NCBI GenBank assembly: GCA_018710835.1
Contig: DVJC01000034.1
Span: forward strand, 1 to 39,692
DNA length: 39,692 nt
Source: Candidatus Limadaptatus stercoravium
Lineage (GTDB): Bacteria > Bacillota > Clostridia > Christensenellales > CAG-917
Reading direction: 5' to 3'
Part shown: positions 1 through 10,772 of the stretch, in pieces
Position numbering within the stretch: the stretch's first letter is position 1
Layout: each line of letters opens with the position of its first letter
Position numbers and translations under genes: made by a program
Notes under the pieces: model-generated
Seen by the model: the letters and a program-made list of their open reading frames with translations, nothing else
The model's database searches: none
Told to the model about the DNA's origin: nothing

Positions 1-533
1 CGGTGGCTGACGGAGTTCTTTTCGTCGGGAGAGGCCTCCGCGAAAGTCTTGCCCAGCTCCGGCGAGAAGAAGAGGGGATCGTAGCCGAATCCGCCTTCGC
101 CGCGTTCCGCGTCGAGGATGACGCCGTCCACGCGTCCTTCCGCGGTGAACTCTCTGCCGTCGGGCAGACACAGCGCGATGACGGAGCAGAAGTGCGCGGA
201 TCTGTCCCTGCCGGCGAGATTTGCGATGAGCAGGGCGTTGTTGGCTTTGTCGTCGTGCCCTTCGCCCGCGTATCTTGCCGAGTAAACGCCGGGCGCGCCG
301 TCCAGCGCGTCGCACATCAGCCCGCTGTCGTCTGCGAGAGAGGCAAGCCCCGTCATGCCTAGTATCGCGCGCGCCTTGATGAGCGCGTTTTCGGTGAGGG
401 TGGCGCCGGTTTCCTCTATCTCAACGGAGATGCCGAGGTCGTCGAGGGAGTACATTTCCTCGAAAAAGCCGCCGAGGACGGTGCGGATCTCGGCGAGTTT
501 CTTGCGGTTGTTGGTTGCGATAGCTATCTTCAT
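1..533 (-). CDS. rdgB: dITP/XTP pyrophosphatase (RdgB/HAM1 family); 3' end cut by the window edge
   Basis: Absent from the ORF track because it runs off the edge. Reverse-strand translation from the ATG at 533-531 reads MKIAIATNNRKKLAEIRTVLG...LADDSGLMCDALDGAPGVYSARYAG...GFGYDPLFF...EKNSVSH, which are typical RdgB/HAM1 blocks. Confidence 0.88.
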   Translation of the reverse strand, partial: MKIAIATNNRKKLAEIRTVLGGFFEEMYSLDDLGISVEIEETGATLTENALIKARAILGMTGLASLADDSGLMCDALDGAPGVYSARYAGEGHDDKANNALLIANLAGRDRSAHFCSVIALCLPDGREFTAEGRVDGVILDAERGEGGFGYDPLFFSPELGKTFAEASPDEKNSVSH

Positions 534-540
534 ATTCACC

Positions 541-1773
541 TCATCTTTTGAAGGGCAGGAAATCGTCGTCCTCATGCAGATTGGTCGCGAGATCGTTTTT
601 CAGCATGAGTCCGCGTTTTACCGCCTTGTATCCGTATTTGCCGCGTATGCGGTCAATGCTTTTTCCGAGATTGGTTTCTTTTTCGTCATTTTCCCCGTCG
701 AACAGCGAAAGCTGCGTCATGCTTCCGTCCGTGAGCCGCGTCGCGGCGACGGTCACCGCGCGGAGCGGCTGTGGGAATGCGTGTATCTTGGGGAGCAGCG
801 CGATGGCGCGCTCCGCGATTTCGGAGGCGGCGCACGTCGCCGACGGCAGGGTGCACTGCGCTGATTTGTGGTGCAGAGTGGTCGCTTCGCGCACGGAAAG
901 ACCTATGCCTTCCGCCGAGAGTCCGTAACGGCGCAGGCGCATGGCGACAAGCTCCGCGAGAGCGTACACCACGATCTTGAAATCCTCCTCCGAGGTGATG
1001 TCGCGCGGAGTGGTGGTGCCGTGGCTCACGCTTTTCGGAGTGCGCTTGTCGTAGTACAGCCGCACTTCCTCGCTCTCTATACCCCGCGCCGCGTCGGACA
1101 TTTTGTCCGCGACGACGCCGAAGTGCTCGCGCAGCATCCCTCTGTCGGCGGCGGCGAGAGCGCGTATGGTGCGTATGCCGAGGAGTTCGAGCCTGTGCGC
1201 CGTGCTTTTGCCTATCATGATAAGCTCGGACGGAGCCATTCCGCCGATGATGTCCATATAATGCGCGCGGTCGAGCACGACGGTGGCGTCGGGCTTCTTG
1301 AGGTCGCTGCCGAGCTTTGCCAGCACTTTCGTGAACGACACGCCGACGGAGATGGTGAGTCCCGTGCGCTCTTTCACCGTTTCGCGTATTCTGTCCGCGA
1401 GCCCCTTGCCGTCGCAGCCGAAGAGTTTGAGCGATCCCGTGACGTCCAGCCAGCATTCGTCCAGCCCGAAACTTTCCACCCTGTCGGTGAACTCGGTGTA
1501 AATGCCGAACACCTGTTTGCTGTACTTCACGTATTCGTCGTAGTGCGGCGGCACGAGAACTATGCCGGGACACTTCTTTTTCGAGATCCATACAGCTTCG
1601 CCCGTGGCGACGCCGGCTTGTTTCGCGAGCATGTTTTTTGCCAGGACGATGCCGTGTCTGACTTCGGGATCGCCGCATACGGCAAGCGGCATCCCGTCGT
1701 ATTCGGGATGCGCCTTCTGTTCCACCGATGCGTAGAAATTGTTCAGATCGCAGTGCAGGATCGTCCTGTCCAT
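541..1773 (-). CDS. dinB: DNA polymerase IV (Y-family translesion polymerase)
   Basis: ORF 541..1848 minus. The family-typical N-terminus MDRTILHCDLNNFYASVEQ begins at the internal Met (ATG 1773-1771). The 25 upstream codons have no RBS. Thumb and little-finger regions are present. Confidence 0.92.
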   Translation of the reverse strand: MDRTILHCDLNNFYASVEQKAHPEYDGMPLAVCGDPEVRHGIVLAKNMLAKQAGVATGEAVWISKKKCPGIVLVPPHYDEYVKYSKQVFGIYTEFTDRVESFGLDECWLDVTGSLKLFGCDGKGLADRIRETVKERTGLTISVGVSFTKVLAKLGSDLKKPDATVVLDRAHYMDIIGGMAPSELIMIGKSTAHRLELLGIRTIRALAAADRGMLREHFGVVADKMSDAARGIESEEVRLYYDKRTPKSVSHGTTTPRDITSEEDFKIVVYALAELVAMRLRRYGLSAEGIGLSVREATTLHHKSAQCTLPSATCAASEIAERAIALLPKIHAFPQPLRAVTVAATRLTDGSMTQLSLFDGENDEKETNLGKSIDRIRGKYGYKAVKRGLMLKNDLATNLHEDDDFLPFKR

Positions 1774-1779
1774 ACGCGT

Positions 1780-1808
1780 ATTATACACAATTTCCTGTTG
1801 CAAAACAA
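1780..1808 (-). promoter_or_regulatory. Putative sigma-70 promoter for dinB (ttgttt, 17 nt spacer, TG-extended tataat)
   Basis: The minus strand reads ttgttt-tgcaacaggaaattgtg-tataat. The -10 ends only 6 nt before the dinB ATG. Confidence 0.45.
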
Positions 1809-1826
1809 TATGTCGGGGGATATAAT
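1798..1826 (+). promoter_or_regulatory. Putative sigma-70 promoter for galE (ttgcaa, 17 nt spacer, tataat)
   Basis: ttgcaa at 1798-1803, a 17-nt spacer, and tataat at 1821-1826. A GC hairpin gcgcgc-ttcggt-gcgcgc and the RBS gaggagg follow before the ATG at 1878. Confidence 0.55.
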
Positions 1827-1877
1827 TGTAAAAGAATAATTTCTGCATGCGCGCTTCGGTGCGCGCGAGGAGGCTAT

Positions 1878-2861
1878 ATGATACTCGTCACGGGAGGAGC
1901 AGGCTACATCGGGTCGCATACCGTAAGAGAACTGCGCTCAAGAGGCGCGGACGTCGTCGTCTACGACAACCTCGTTACGGGGCACATCGAAGCGGTCGGG
2001 GACGCGCCGTTCGTGAAAGGCGACATCTTCGACAAGGATCTGCTCGTGAAAACTTTTCAGGATTACAATGTGGATTCGGTGGTGCATTTCGCCGCCTATT
2101 CGCTCGTGGGAGAGAGCATGACCAATCCCGCCAAATATTACCGCAACAACGTCGCCGGCACTCTTTCGCTGCTGGACGCGATGCTGGAAGCCGGCGTGAA
2201 ATACCTGGTGTTCTCTTCCTCCGCCGCCACCTACGGCGACACGGGGGACGGGCTCATCACCGAGGACAGCCCCCAGCGTCCCACCAGCGTATACGGTCAG
2301 ACCAAACTCATGATGGAACAGCTCATGAGCGACTACGACAAGGCGTACGGCATGAAATACGTCGCTCTGCGCTACTTCAACGCGGCGGGCGCGCATATCA
2401 GCGGCGAGATAGGAGAGGACCACCATCCGGAGTCCCACCTCATCCCGATCATCCTGCAGGCGGCGCTCGGACTGCGCAGCCACATAGGCATATTCGGCGA
2501 CGACTATCCCACGCGCGACGGCACCTGCATCCGCGACTATATCCACATCACCGACCTTGCGGACGCGCACATCCGCGCTCTGGACTATCTGAAGAGCGGC
2601 GGGAAATCCACCTACTACAACCTCGGCAACGGCAACGGATTTTCCGTGAAAGAGGTCATTGAAACGGCGCGCCGCGTCACGGGCATTGACATTCCGGCGA
2701 AAGTCGAGGGCAGACGCGCCGGCGATCCCGCCACGCTCGTCGCTTCCAGCGAAAAGATAAAACGCGAACTGGGTTGGGATCCGCAGTTCGACACGCTGGA
2801 AGAGATCGTCGCCTCCGCATGGAAGTGGCACAGTTCCCATCCGCACGGATTTGCGAAATGA
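1878..2861 (+). CDS. galE: UDP-glucose 4-epimerase
   Basis: MILVTGGAGYIGSH Rossmann motif, the YGQTK catalytic Tyr-x3-Lys and the C-terminal WKWH motif. The start at 1878 is preceded by gaggagg. Confidence 0.95.
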   Translation: MILVTGGAGYIGSHTVRELRSRGADVVVYDNLVTGHIEAVGDAPFVKGDIFDKDLLVKTFQDYNVDSVVHFAAYSLVGESMTNPAKYYRNNVAGTLSLLDAMLEAGVKYLVFSSSAATYGDTGDGLITEDSPQRPTSVYGQTKLMMEQLMSDYDKAYGMKYVALRYFNAAGAHISGEIGEDHHPESHLIPIILQAALGLRSHIGIFGDDYPTRDGTCIRDYIHITDLADAHIRALDYLKSGGKSTYYNLGNGNGFSVKEVIETARRVTGIDIPAKVEGRRAGDPATLVASSEKIKRELGWDPQFDTLEEIVASAWKWHSSHPHGFAK

Positions 2862-3205
2862 GCGTGATCTGCGACCTTTGCGGGCAGCGGCCCGGAGTGC
2901 TGACGGACAGGACGGTCGTCAACAACGGTATGGTGGAGTTCCACTTCTGCGAGCAGTGTTACGCCGGGATAAGGCGTTCCGGGCTGACCACCGTCGAGGT
3001 GATGAGCCGCGTGACGGCAAGGCTGGGAAAAGAGTGTCCCGTGTGCGGCACTGCGGCGGAGGATTTTGCGAAAAATTTCGAATTCGGCTGTCCCGAATGT
3101 TATGTGCATATGAGAAAAGTCGCGCTTTCGGCGGCTTCGGCGGCGCAGGGCGGCAAGGTGCGGCACACCGGCAAACGCCCGAACGACAGGAGAAGGAATG
3201 GATAG
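2858..3205 (+). CDS. mcsA: Protein-arginine kinase activator McsA-like zinc-finger protein (short form)
   Basis: Four CxxC pairs (CDLC, CEQC, CPVC, CPEC) sit directly upstream of mcsB. The start overlaps the galE stop (ATGA). The protein is only 115 aa and has no recognisable UVR domain. Confidence 0.72.
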   Translation: MSVICDLCGQRPGVLTDRTVVNNGMVEFHFCEQCYAGIRRSGLTTVEVMSRVTARLGKECPVCGTAAEDFAKNFEFGCPECYVHMRKVALSAASAAQGGKVRHTGKRPNDRRRNG

Positions 3206-4219
3206 CGCGGCACGGGAACTCACACGCCACAACGTCATATCATCGCGCATAAGGCTTGCGCGCAACGTGCGCGGCATGTCTTTTCCGCACGTCGGCAGAC
3301 GGACCGATCCGGCTGCGCTCGCCGCATTGGAGAGAGCGGCGGTGCGCGCGGCGCAAGGGGTATTCGACTGCGAACTCCTGCGCATGAGCGGGCTGGACTC
3401 CGTCAAGAAGACCGCGCTTGTCGAGCGGCACCTCATTTCTCCCGCGCTGACGGCGAACACCGCCTCCGGCGCGGTGCTTCTGGAGCGCAGCGAGAGCGTG
3501 TCCGTCATGCTCAACGAAGAGGACAGGATAAGAGAGCAGTGCATAGTGCACGGTTTCGATCTGCCGCACGCTTACGGACGGCTGAACGTCTACGACGACA
3601 GGCTGCTTGACGAGATACCCGTCGCGTACGATCCCGAACTGGGTTTTTTGACCGCGTGCCCCACCAATCTCGGCACGGGGATGCGCGCATCCGTCATGCT
3701 CTTTCTGCCCGCGCTCAAACTCGCCGGAGCGATAGAGGACGAAGTGAACAGGTTCGTGCGCGAGTACGGCATGACCGTGCGCGGAGTTTACGGCGAGGGA
3801 AGCGAAGCGAAAGGGGATATGTATCAGATCTCCAACACGCGCACCCTCGGCGTGACGGAAGAGGAGATCATCTCCTCCGTCGAACGCGCGGCGCTTGAAA
3901 TGTGCCTGAGGGAGAGCGAGGCGAGAGAGAAGCTCGTGAGGCGCAAAGGCGCGGCTCTTTACGATAAAGTGGCGCGCAGCTACGGCATACTCACCAACGC
4001 CTACAAGCTCACTTCCGCAGAACTGATGAACATGATCTCCGACGTGAAACTCGGAGTCATTCTCGACATACTGCCGCTTAAAGACACCGAAACGCTGGAT
4101 AAACTGCTTGTTTGGTGCTCGGCGGCAAATCTCACTGCCGTCACGGGAGAGTGCTCCCCGACAGAGAGGGACATCCGCCGCGCGGCGATAGTGAAAGGCA
4201 TACTGCAAAAGGAGAAACT

Positions 4220-4223
<4 letters not shown>
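3198..4223 (+). CDS. mcsB: Protein arginine kinase (ATP:guanido phosphotransferase)
   Basis: SSRIRLARN, LTACPTNLGTGMRASV and TVRGVYGEGSE motifs of the McsB/phosphagen kinase catalytic domain. RBS aggagaagg. Confidence 0.93.
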
Positions 4224-6772
<2,549 letters not shown>

Positions 6773-6799
6773 GCTTACACGCATTAAAAAGCGCACACC

Positions 6800-6838
6800 C
6801 GCGCCGAGGCAAATCAGCCTCGGCGCGATTTATATGCT
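6800..6838 (+). terminator. Intrinsic terminator after clpC
   Basis: An 11-bp GC stem cgcgccgaggc / gcctcggcgcg with loop aaatca, followed by atttatat. Confidence 0.7.
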
Positions 6839-6857
6839 TCACGTCCCCCAATCTAAG

Positions 6858-7505
6858 TTAAAAAAATTCGCATTCTAGAAACTTTGGAATGTTGTGCCCC
6901 CTCCTTCCCTACGGGCTTTCCTCCCCCGTGCAGAATGTATTGTCGTACTCCCAAAATGCGGGACTAACGCCGTACCTCTGCAAGAGTTTTTAATATCGCA
7001 CTAACATAATCAAGCGGAGAACGGTAATCACCGAAATCCCTGCACGGGCGGAGGAAGGCGACTCGACGCGCAAGACGCCCGTGTCTACTTAGTGTTACGT
7101 CTAGCTTGCGAGGTCGCGGAGCGCGCCGCGGCGTTCAAGCGGCGGCTACGCCGCCTGTGAACGCTTGGGGTCCCCGCAAAAAATCTTCGTATTTTTTGTG
7201 GGGCTCCCTTGGGTGAGCGGCGCGTAGTTCCGTTTTCAAACGAGCAAACGTTAAGAAAAATAGTTTTCTTTCGTCTCCGAACAAATGAACGCTGGGTATG
7301 GGTTTTTCTTTTCCGTCTTTGAACGGGCAATCGTTAAGAAATGTTTTATTCCGTCTTCGGACAAGTGAGTGTTGAAAATAAGTTTGTTTTTCATCTTCGA
7401 ATGTGTGCTCGTCGTACTCAAGAACACTCCAAACAGGAGCGCCTAGCTCCGTTATTGAACTTGAAAATTTTCTTAAACACATTTTGCAAAAGGGGCGCGT
7501 CCCAA
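6858..7505 (-). repeat. Copy A of a dispersed ~0.6-kb modular non-coding element (inverted relative to copies B and C)
   Basis: The reverse complement is collinear with 30371-30876. Identical runs include ttcctccgcccgtgcagggatttc, gcgttagtcccgcattttgggag, cattctgcacgggggaggaaagcccg and agggaaggagggggcacaacattcc. It has five tandem ~40-nt sub-repeats (7200-7409). No reading frame is conserved. Confidence 0.85.
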
Positions 7506-7590
7506 ATTCCCGGGGGAATGGACGTCATTCGTTTGCGCTTTGCGCGCGTGTGTGATACAATGCATTAAGTCTTTATTTTTCATATCGCTA

Positions 7591-7619
7591 TTGAATCGGG
7601 CGGGGAAGTTTGGTATAAT
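7591..7619 (+). promoter_or_regulatory. Sigma-70 promoter for hpf (ttgaat, 17 nt spacer, TG-extended tataat)
   Basis: ttgaat at 7591-7596, a 17-nt spacer, and tggtataat ending at 7619. RBS aggagg at 7634-7639. Confidence 0.65.
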
Positions 7620-7647
7620 GTATATATCAAATCAGGAGGTCCGAGAT

Positions 7648-7986
7648 ATGAAATTCGAAATCTTCGGAAAAGACTACAACGTCAGCGATTCGCTGAAAGC
7701 GATCACCGAGAAAAAGTGCGCCAAGCTGGACAAGTATTTCCACGACGACGCGGACGCGACGGCGAAATTCATCGTCACGCTCGAGGGCGGCACTTACACC
7801 ACGGATATGACGGTCGTCTATCGCAGTCAGACTTACAGGGCGGAGGCGTCCTCCGATTCGCCGTTTGACAACATCGACCTCGTCATTCCCAGGCTCCTCG
7901 GACAGATACGCAAGCAAAAGGACATCTGGGGTAAGACCAAACGCGGCTCCGAGAATGTCTACGAAGAGGAAGCAGACGAAGAATGA
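7648..7986 (+). CDS. hpf: Ribosome hibernation factor / ribosome-associated inhibitor (short HPF/RaiA type)
   Basis: MKFEIFGKDYNVSDSLKAITEKKCAKLDKYF is the S30AE/HPF N-terminal domain. The protein is 112 aa with an acidic tail. Confidence 0.88.
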   Translation: MKFEIFGKDYNVSDSLKAITEKKCAKLDKYFHDDADATAKFIVTLEGGTYTTDMTVVYRSQTYRAEASSDSPFDNIDLVIPRLLGQIRKQKDIWGKTKRGSENVYEEEADEE

Positions 7987-8777
7987 TGAAAGTAGGCATC
8001 TCCACAGCGACGTTTTTTTCTAAAGTATTGACCGAGGATTCGTTCTCGGTCATTCAGCGTTGCGGGGGAGAATGCGCGGAAGTTTTTCTTACCACCAGAT
8101 ACGAATACGAACCTTCTTTCGGCGACTTGCTCGCCGAAAGAAGGGGCGGGCTTGACATCTATTCCGTCCACGCGCTCAACACCCAGTTCGAGCCGGAGCT
8201 TTTCAACGCCGTGCAGCGCACGCGCCGGGACGCGGAGGAGCTTTACCGCAAAGTCCTTGACGTCGGACGCAAGATGGGCGCGCGGTTTTACACTTTCCAC
8301 GGCAGGATGCGGCTGAAGCGCAATATGGTCGTCTCTCCGGAGGCGGCGGGCAGGCGCATGAGGGAGCTCGGCGACATCGCGCGGGAGTATGGCATAACCC
8401 TGTGTTTCGAGAACGTGCACTGGGCGATGTTCAACAGTCCGGAATTTTTTGCCGAAGCGAAAGAGTATTGCCCGAACGTAGGCGCGGTGCTGGACATCAA
8501 ACAGGCGCGCCAGAGCGGCAGGGACTGGCGCGAGTACGTCGCCGTCATGGGGGACAGACTCATGAACGTGCACGTGTCGGACTGCGACGACACGGGCGCG
8601 ATAAAACTCGTCGGCAGGGGGACTTTCCCCTTTGACGAACTTGTCCGCACGCTCGACGGCGTCGGGTACGGCGGACCTCTTATGATCGAACAATACGCGG
8701 ACAACTACGGCGACGTCGCCGAAGTGGCGGACGCGGTCACATATCTCAAACACATTGTCGGAGGCATTTATGCTTAA
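7983..8777 (+). CDS. Sugar phosphate isomerase/epimerase (xylose-isomerase-like TIM barrel)
   Basis: Pattern typical of the AP_endonuc_2/TIM-barrel family (FENVH, HVSD). The ATG overlaps the hpf stop. Confidence 0.72.
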   Translation: MMKVGISTATFFSKVLTEDSFSVIQRCGGECAEVFLTTRYEYEPSFGDLLAERRGGLDIYSVHALNTQFEPELFNAVQRTRRDAEELYRKVLDVGRKMGARFYTFHGRMRLKRNMVVSPEAAGRRMRELGDIAREYGITLCFENVHWAMFNSPEFFAEAKEYCPNVGAVLDIKQARQSGRDWREYVAVMGDRLMNVHVSDCDDTGAIKLVGRGTFPFDELVRTLDGVGYGGPLMIEQYADNYGDVAEVADAVTYLKHIVGGIYA

Positions 8778-10158
8778 ATTCGATTTCAACAACATGATGG
8801 AAAAATACGTCGGAAAGGACGGTTTCACCGACGCGGAACTCGCTGCGGCGGAAGCGGAAGCCCGTGCGGCTTTCGATAAATTCGCAGCCGTGCGCGGCAC
8901 GGGCATGACCGAATGGGCGGATCTTCCCTATACGCAGGACGCTGTCGTGGAAGACATTCTCGCCTGCGCGGAGGAAGTCAGAAACAATTTCGACAATTTC
9001 GTCGTGCTGGGCATCGGCGGCAGTGCGCTCGGTCCCATAGCGGTGTTCACGGCGCTCTGCCATTTCAGGTACAACGATCTGCCTGCGGAAAAACGCGGAG
9101 TGAAGTTCTTTGTGGAGGACAACGTCGATCCGGAGCGCATGCTTGCGCTTCTCGACGTCATCGACGTGAAACGCACGGTGTTCAACGTCATCACCAAGAG
9201 CGGCGCGACCAGCGAGACCATGAGCCAGTATCTCATCATCGCCGACATCCTGAAAAAGGCGGTGGGAGATGAGTGGAACAGGCACATCATCGCCACCACT
9301 TCCGAAAAGAAGGGCAATCTCATCAAACTTGCGAAGAAGGAAGGGTTCAGGACGTTCTACATTCCGGACGGCGTGGGCGGCAGATTCTCCGAGCTGTGCC
9401 CCGTGGGGCTTCTGCCGGCGGCGGTGCTCGGCATCGACATCAAGGGGCTGCTCGCGGGCGCGGCGGCTATGGACAAACGCTGCTCCGATGGCGATATGCG
9501 CTCCAATCCCGCGCTGACCGCGGCGGTGCTGCAATACCTCGCGATGAAGAAGGGCAAGAACATCACGGTCATGATGCCGTATGCGGATTCTCTCAAATAC
9601 ATGGCGGACTGGTACTGCCAGCTGTGGGGGGAGAGCCTCGGCAAGGCAGTTGACCTCGACGGCAGGGTAGTGCATGCGGGACAGACGCCCGTCAAGTCCC
9701 TCGGCGTGACCGACCAGCATTCGCAGGTGCAGCTTTACACCGAAGGCCCGTTTGACAAAGTCATCACGCTCATCGGAGTGGAGAAGTTCCGCGGCGACGT
9801 CGCCATTGCGGAGGGCGCGGAGGAGTTCCCGGACGTGCATTTTCTCTCCGGACATACGATGGGCGAGCTCATCAACACCGAACGCGTGGCGACGGAATAC
9901 GCTCTGACGCGCTCCGGACACATGAACAACACCGTCATGCTCCCGGAGGTGAACGCGGAGTCCGTGGGCGAACTGCTCATGTTCTTCCAACTGCAGACCG
10001 CATACTGCGGCGCGCTGCTCAATGTGAACACGTTCGACCAGCCCGGCGTGGAGGAGGGCAAGAACGCGACTTACGCGCTCTTCGACCGCCGCGGGTACGA
10101 GGCAAAGAAGGCGGAGCTGGAAGCCGCGCCCAAAAAGGACGCGAAATACATTATCTGA
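8770..10158 (+). CDS. pgi: Glucose-6-phosphate isomerase
   Basis: VVLGIGGSALGP, ITKSGATSET, GGRFS and DQHSQVQLY motifs. I prefer the ATG at 8770 (ggagg 6 nt upstream) over the TTG at 8755. Confidence 0.92.
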   Translation: MLKFDFNNMMEKYVGKDGFTDAELAAAEAEARAAFDKFAAVRGTGMTEWADLPYTQDAVVEDILACAEEVRNNFDNFVVLGIGGSALGPIAVFTALCHFRYNDLPAEKRGVKFFVEDNVDPERMLALLDVIDVKRTVFNVITKSGATSETMSQYLIIADILKKAVGDEWNRHIIATTSEKKGNLIKLAKKEGFRTFYIPDGVGGRFSELCPVGLLPAAVLGIDIKGLLAGAAAMDKRCSDGDMRSNPALTAAVLQYLAMKKGKNITVMMPYADSLKYMADWYCQLWGESLGKAVDLDGRVVHAGQTPVKSLGVTDQHSQVQLYTEGPFDKVITLIGVEKFRGDVAIAEGAEEFPDVHFLSGHTMGELINTERVATEYALTRSGHMNNTVMLPEVNAESVGELLMFFQLQTAYCGALLNVNTFDQPGVEEGKNATYALFDRRGYEAKKAELEAAPKKDAKYII

Positions 10159-10193
10159 ACAAAGTCCGGCGGCGCACGGCGCGGAGGTGAGGG

Positions 10194-10772
10194 ATGTACA
10201 CGTTTTACGCACTGCTCAACAGAATGAAACTCATTGCCAGGTGGAGCCTTATGCGCTCCACCACCAAGGAGGATCTCATGCAGCATGCGGCGCATGTCGC
10301 GATAGTCGGTCAGGCGCTGGGGATCATCCGCAACACCTATTTCGGCGGAAACGTCGACACCGACAAGATAGCGGCGCTCGCGCTGTATCACGATACGGCG
10401 GAAGTCGTCAGCGGCGACCTGCCCACGCCGATAAAGTATTACAGCCCGCGCATAAAGAGCGCGTACAGCGAGATAGAGGACGTCATCAACGGCAAGCTGC
10501 TCGAATCTCTTCCCCCCGAAATGGCGGAGAAGTATGCCGAATACATACGTCCCGACACGGACACGATCGAGTACAAGCTCATGAAAGTCGCGGACAAGGT
10601 GTCCGCCTACATCAAGTGCATAGACGAACGCCTCAGCGGCAACAAGGAGTTCGACACCGCCTTCAGACGTCTGCAGAAACAGCTCGATACGCTGATGCCC
10701 GAATACCCGGAGCTGAAATTCTTCCTCGACAACTTCGGGGAAGGATACGGGCAGCAGCTTGACATACTGTGA
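10194..10772 (+). CDS. HD-domain 5'-deoxynucleotidase (YfbR-like)
   Basis: RWSLMR...EDLMQHAAHVA...LYHDTAEVVSGDLPTPIKY, the YfbR-type HD motif. Confidence 0.8.
   Translation: MYTFYALLNRMKLIARWSLMRSTTKEDLMQHAAHVAIVGQALGIIRNTYFGGNVDTDKIAALALYHDTAEVVSGDLPTPIKYYSPRIKSAYSEIEDVINGKLLESLPPEMAEKYAEYIRPDTDTIEYKLMKVADKVSAYIKCIDERLSGNKEFDTAFRRLQKQLDTLMPEYPELKFFLDNFGEGYGQQLDIL

Noticed and set aside
1774-1877. Search for LexA (GAAC-N4-GTTC) and CtsR (GGTCAAA repeat) operators in the dinB/galE-mcsA control region.
   Set aside because: Neither motif is present. I report this as an absence in the findings rather than as a feature.
6866-6886. ttctagaa-containing sequence next to copy A looked slightly like a Firmicutes dif (XerCD) site.
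   Set aside because: Only the central palindrome matches. The flanking arms do not resemble the 28-bp dif consensus.
7200-7440. The tandem sub-repeats considered as a degenerate CRISPR array.
   Set aside because: The period is only 32-42 nt, with no alternating unique spacers. The units are imperfect throughout, and there are no cas genes or leader.
7505-7647. Possible raiA-motif RNA upstream of hpf.
   Set aside because: Only about 85 nt lie between the repeat and the hpf promoter, and about 28 nt between the -10 and the start codon. The adjacent structured repeat is on the opposite strand.
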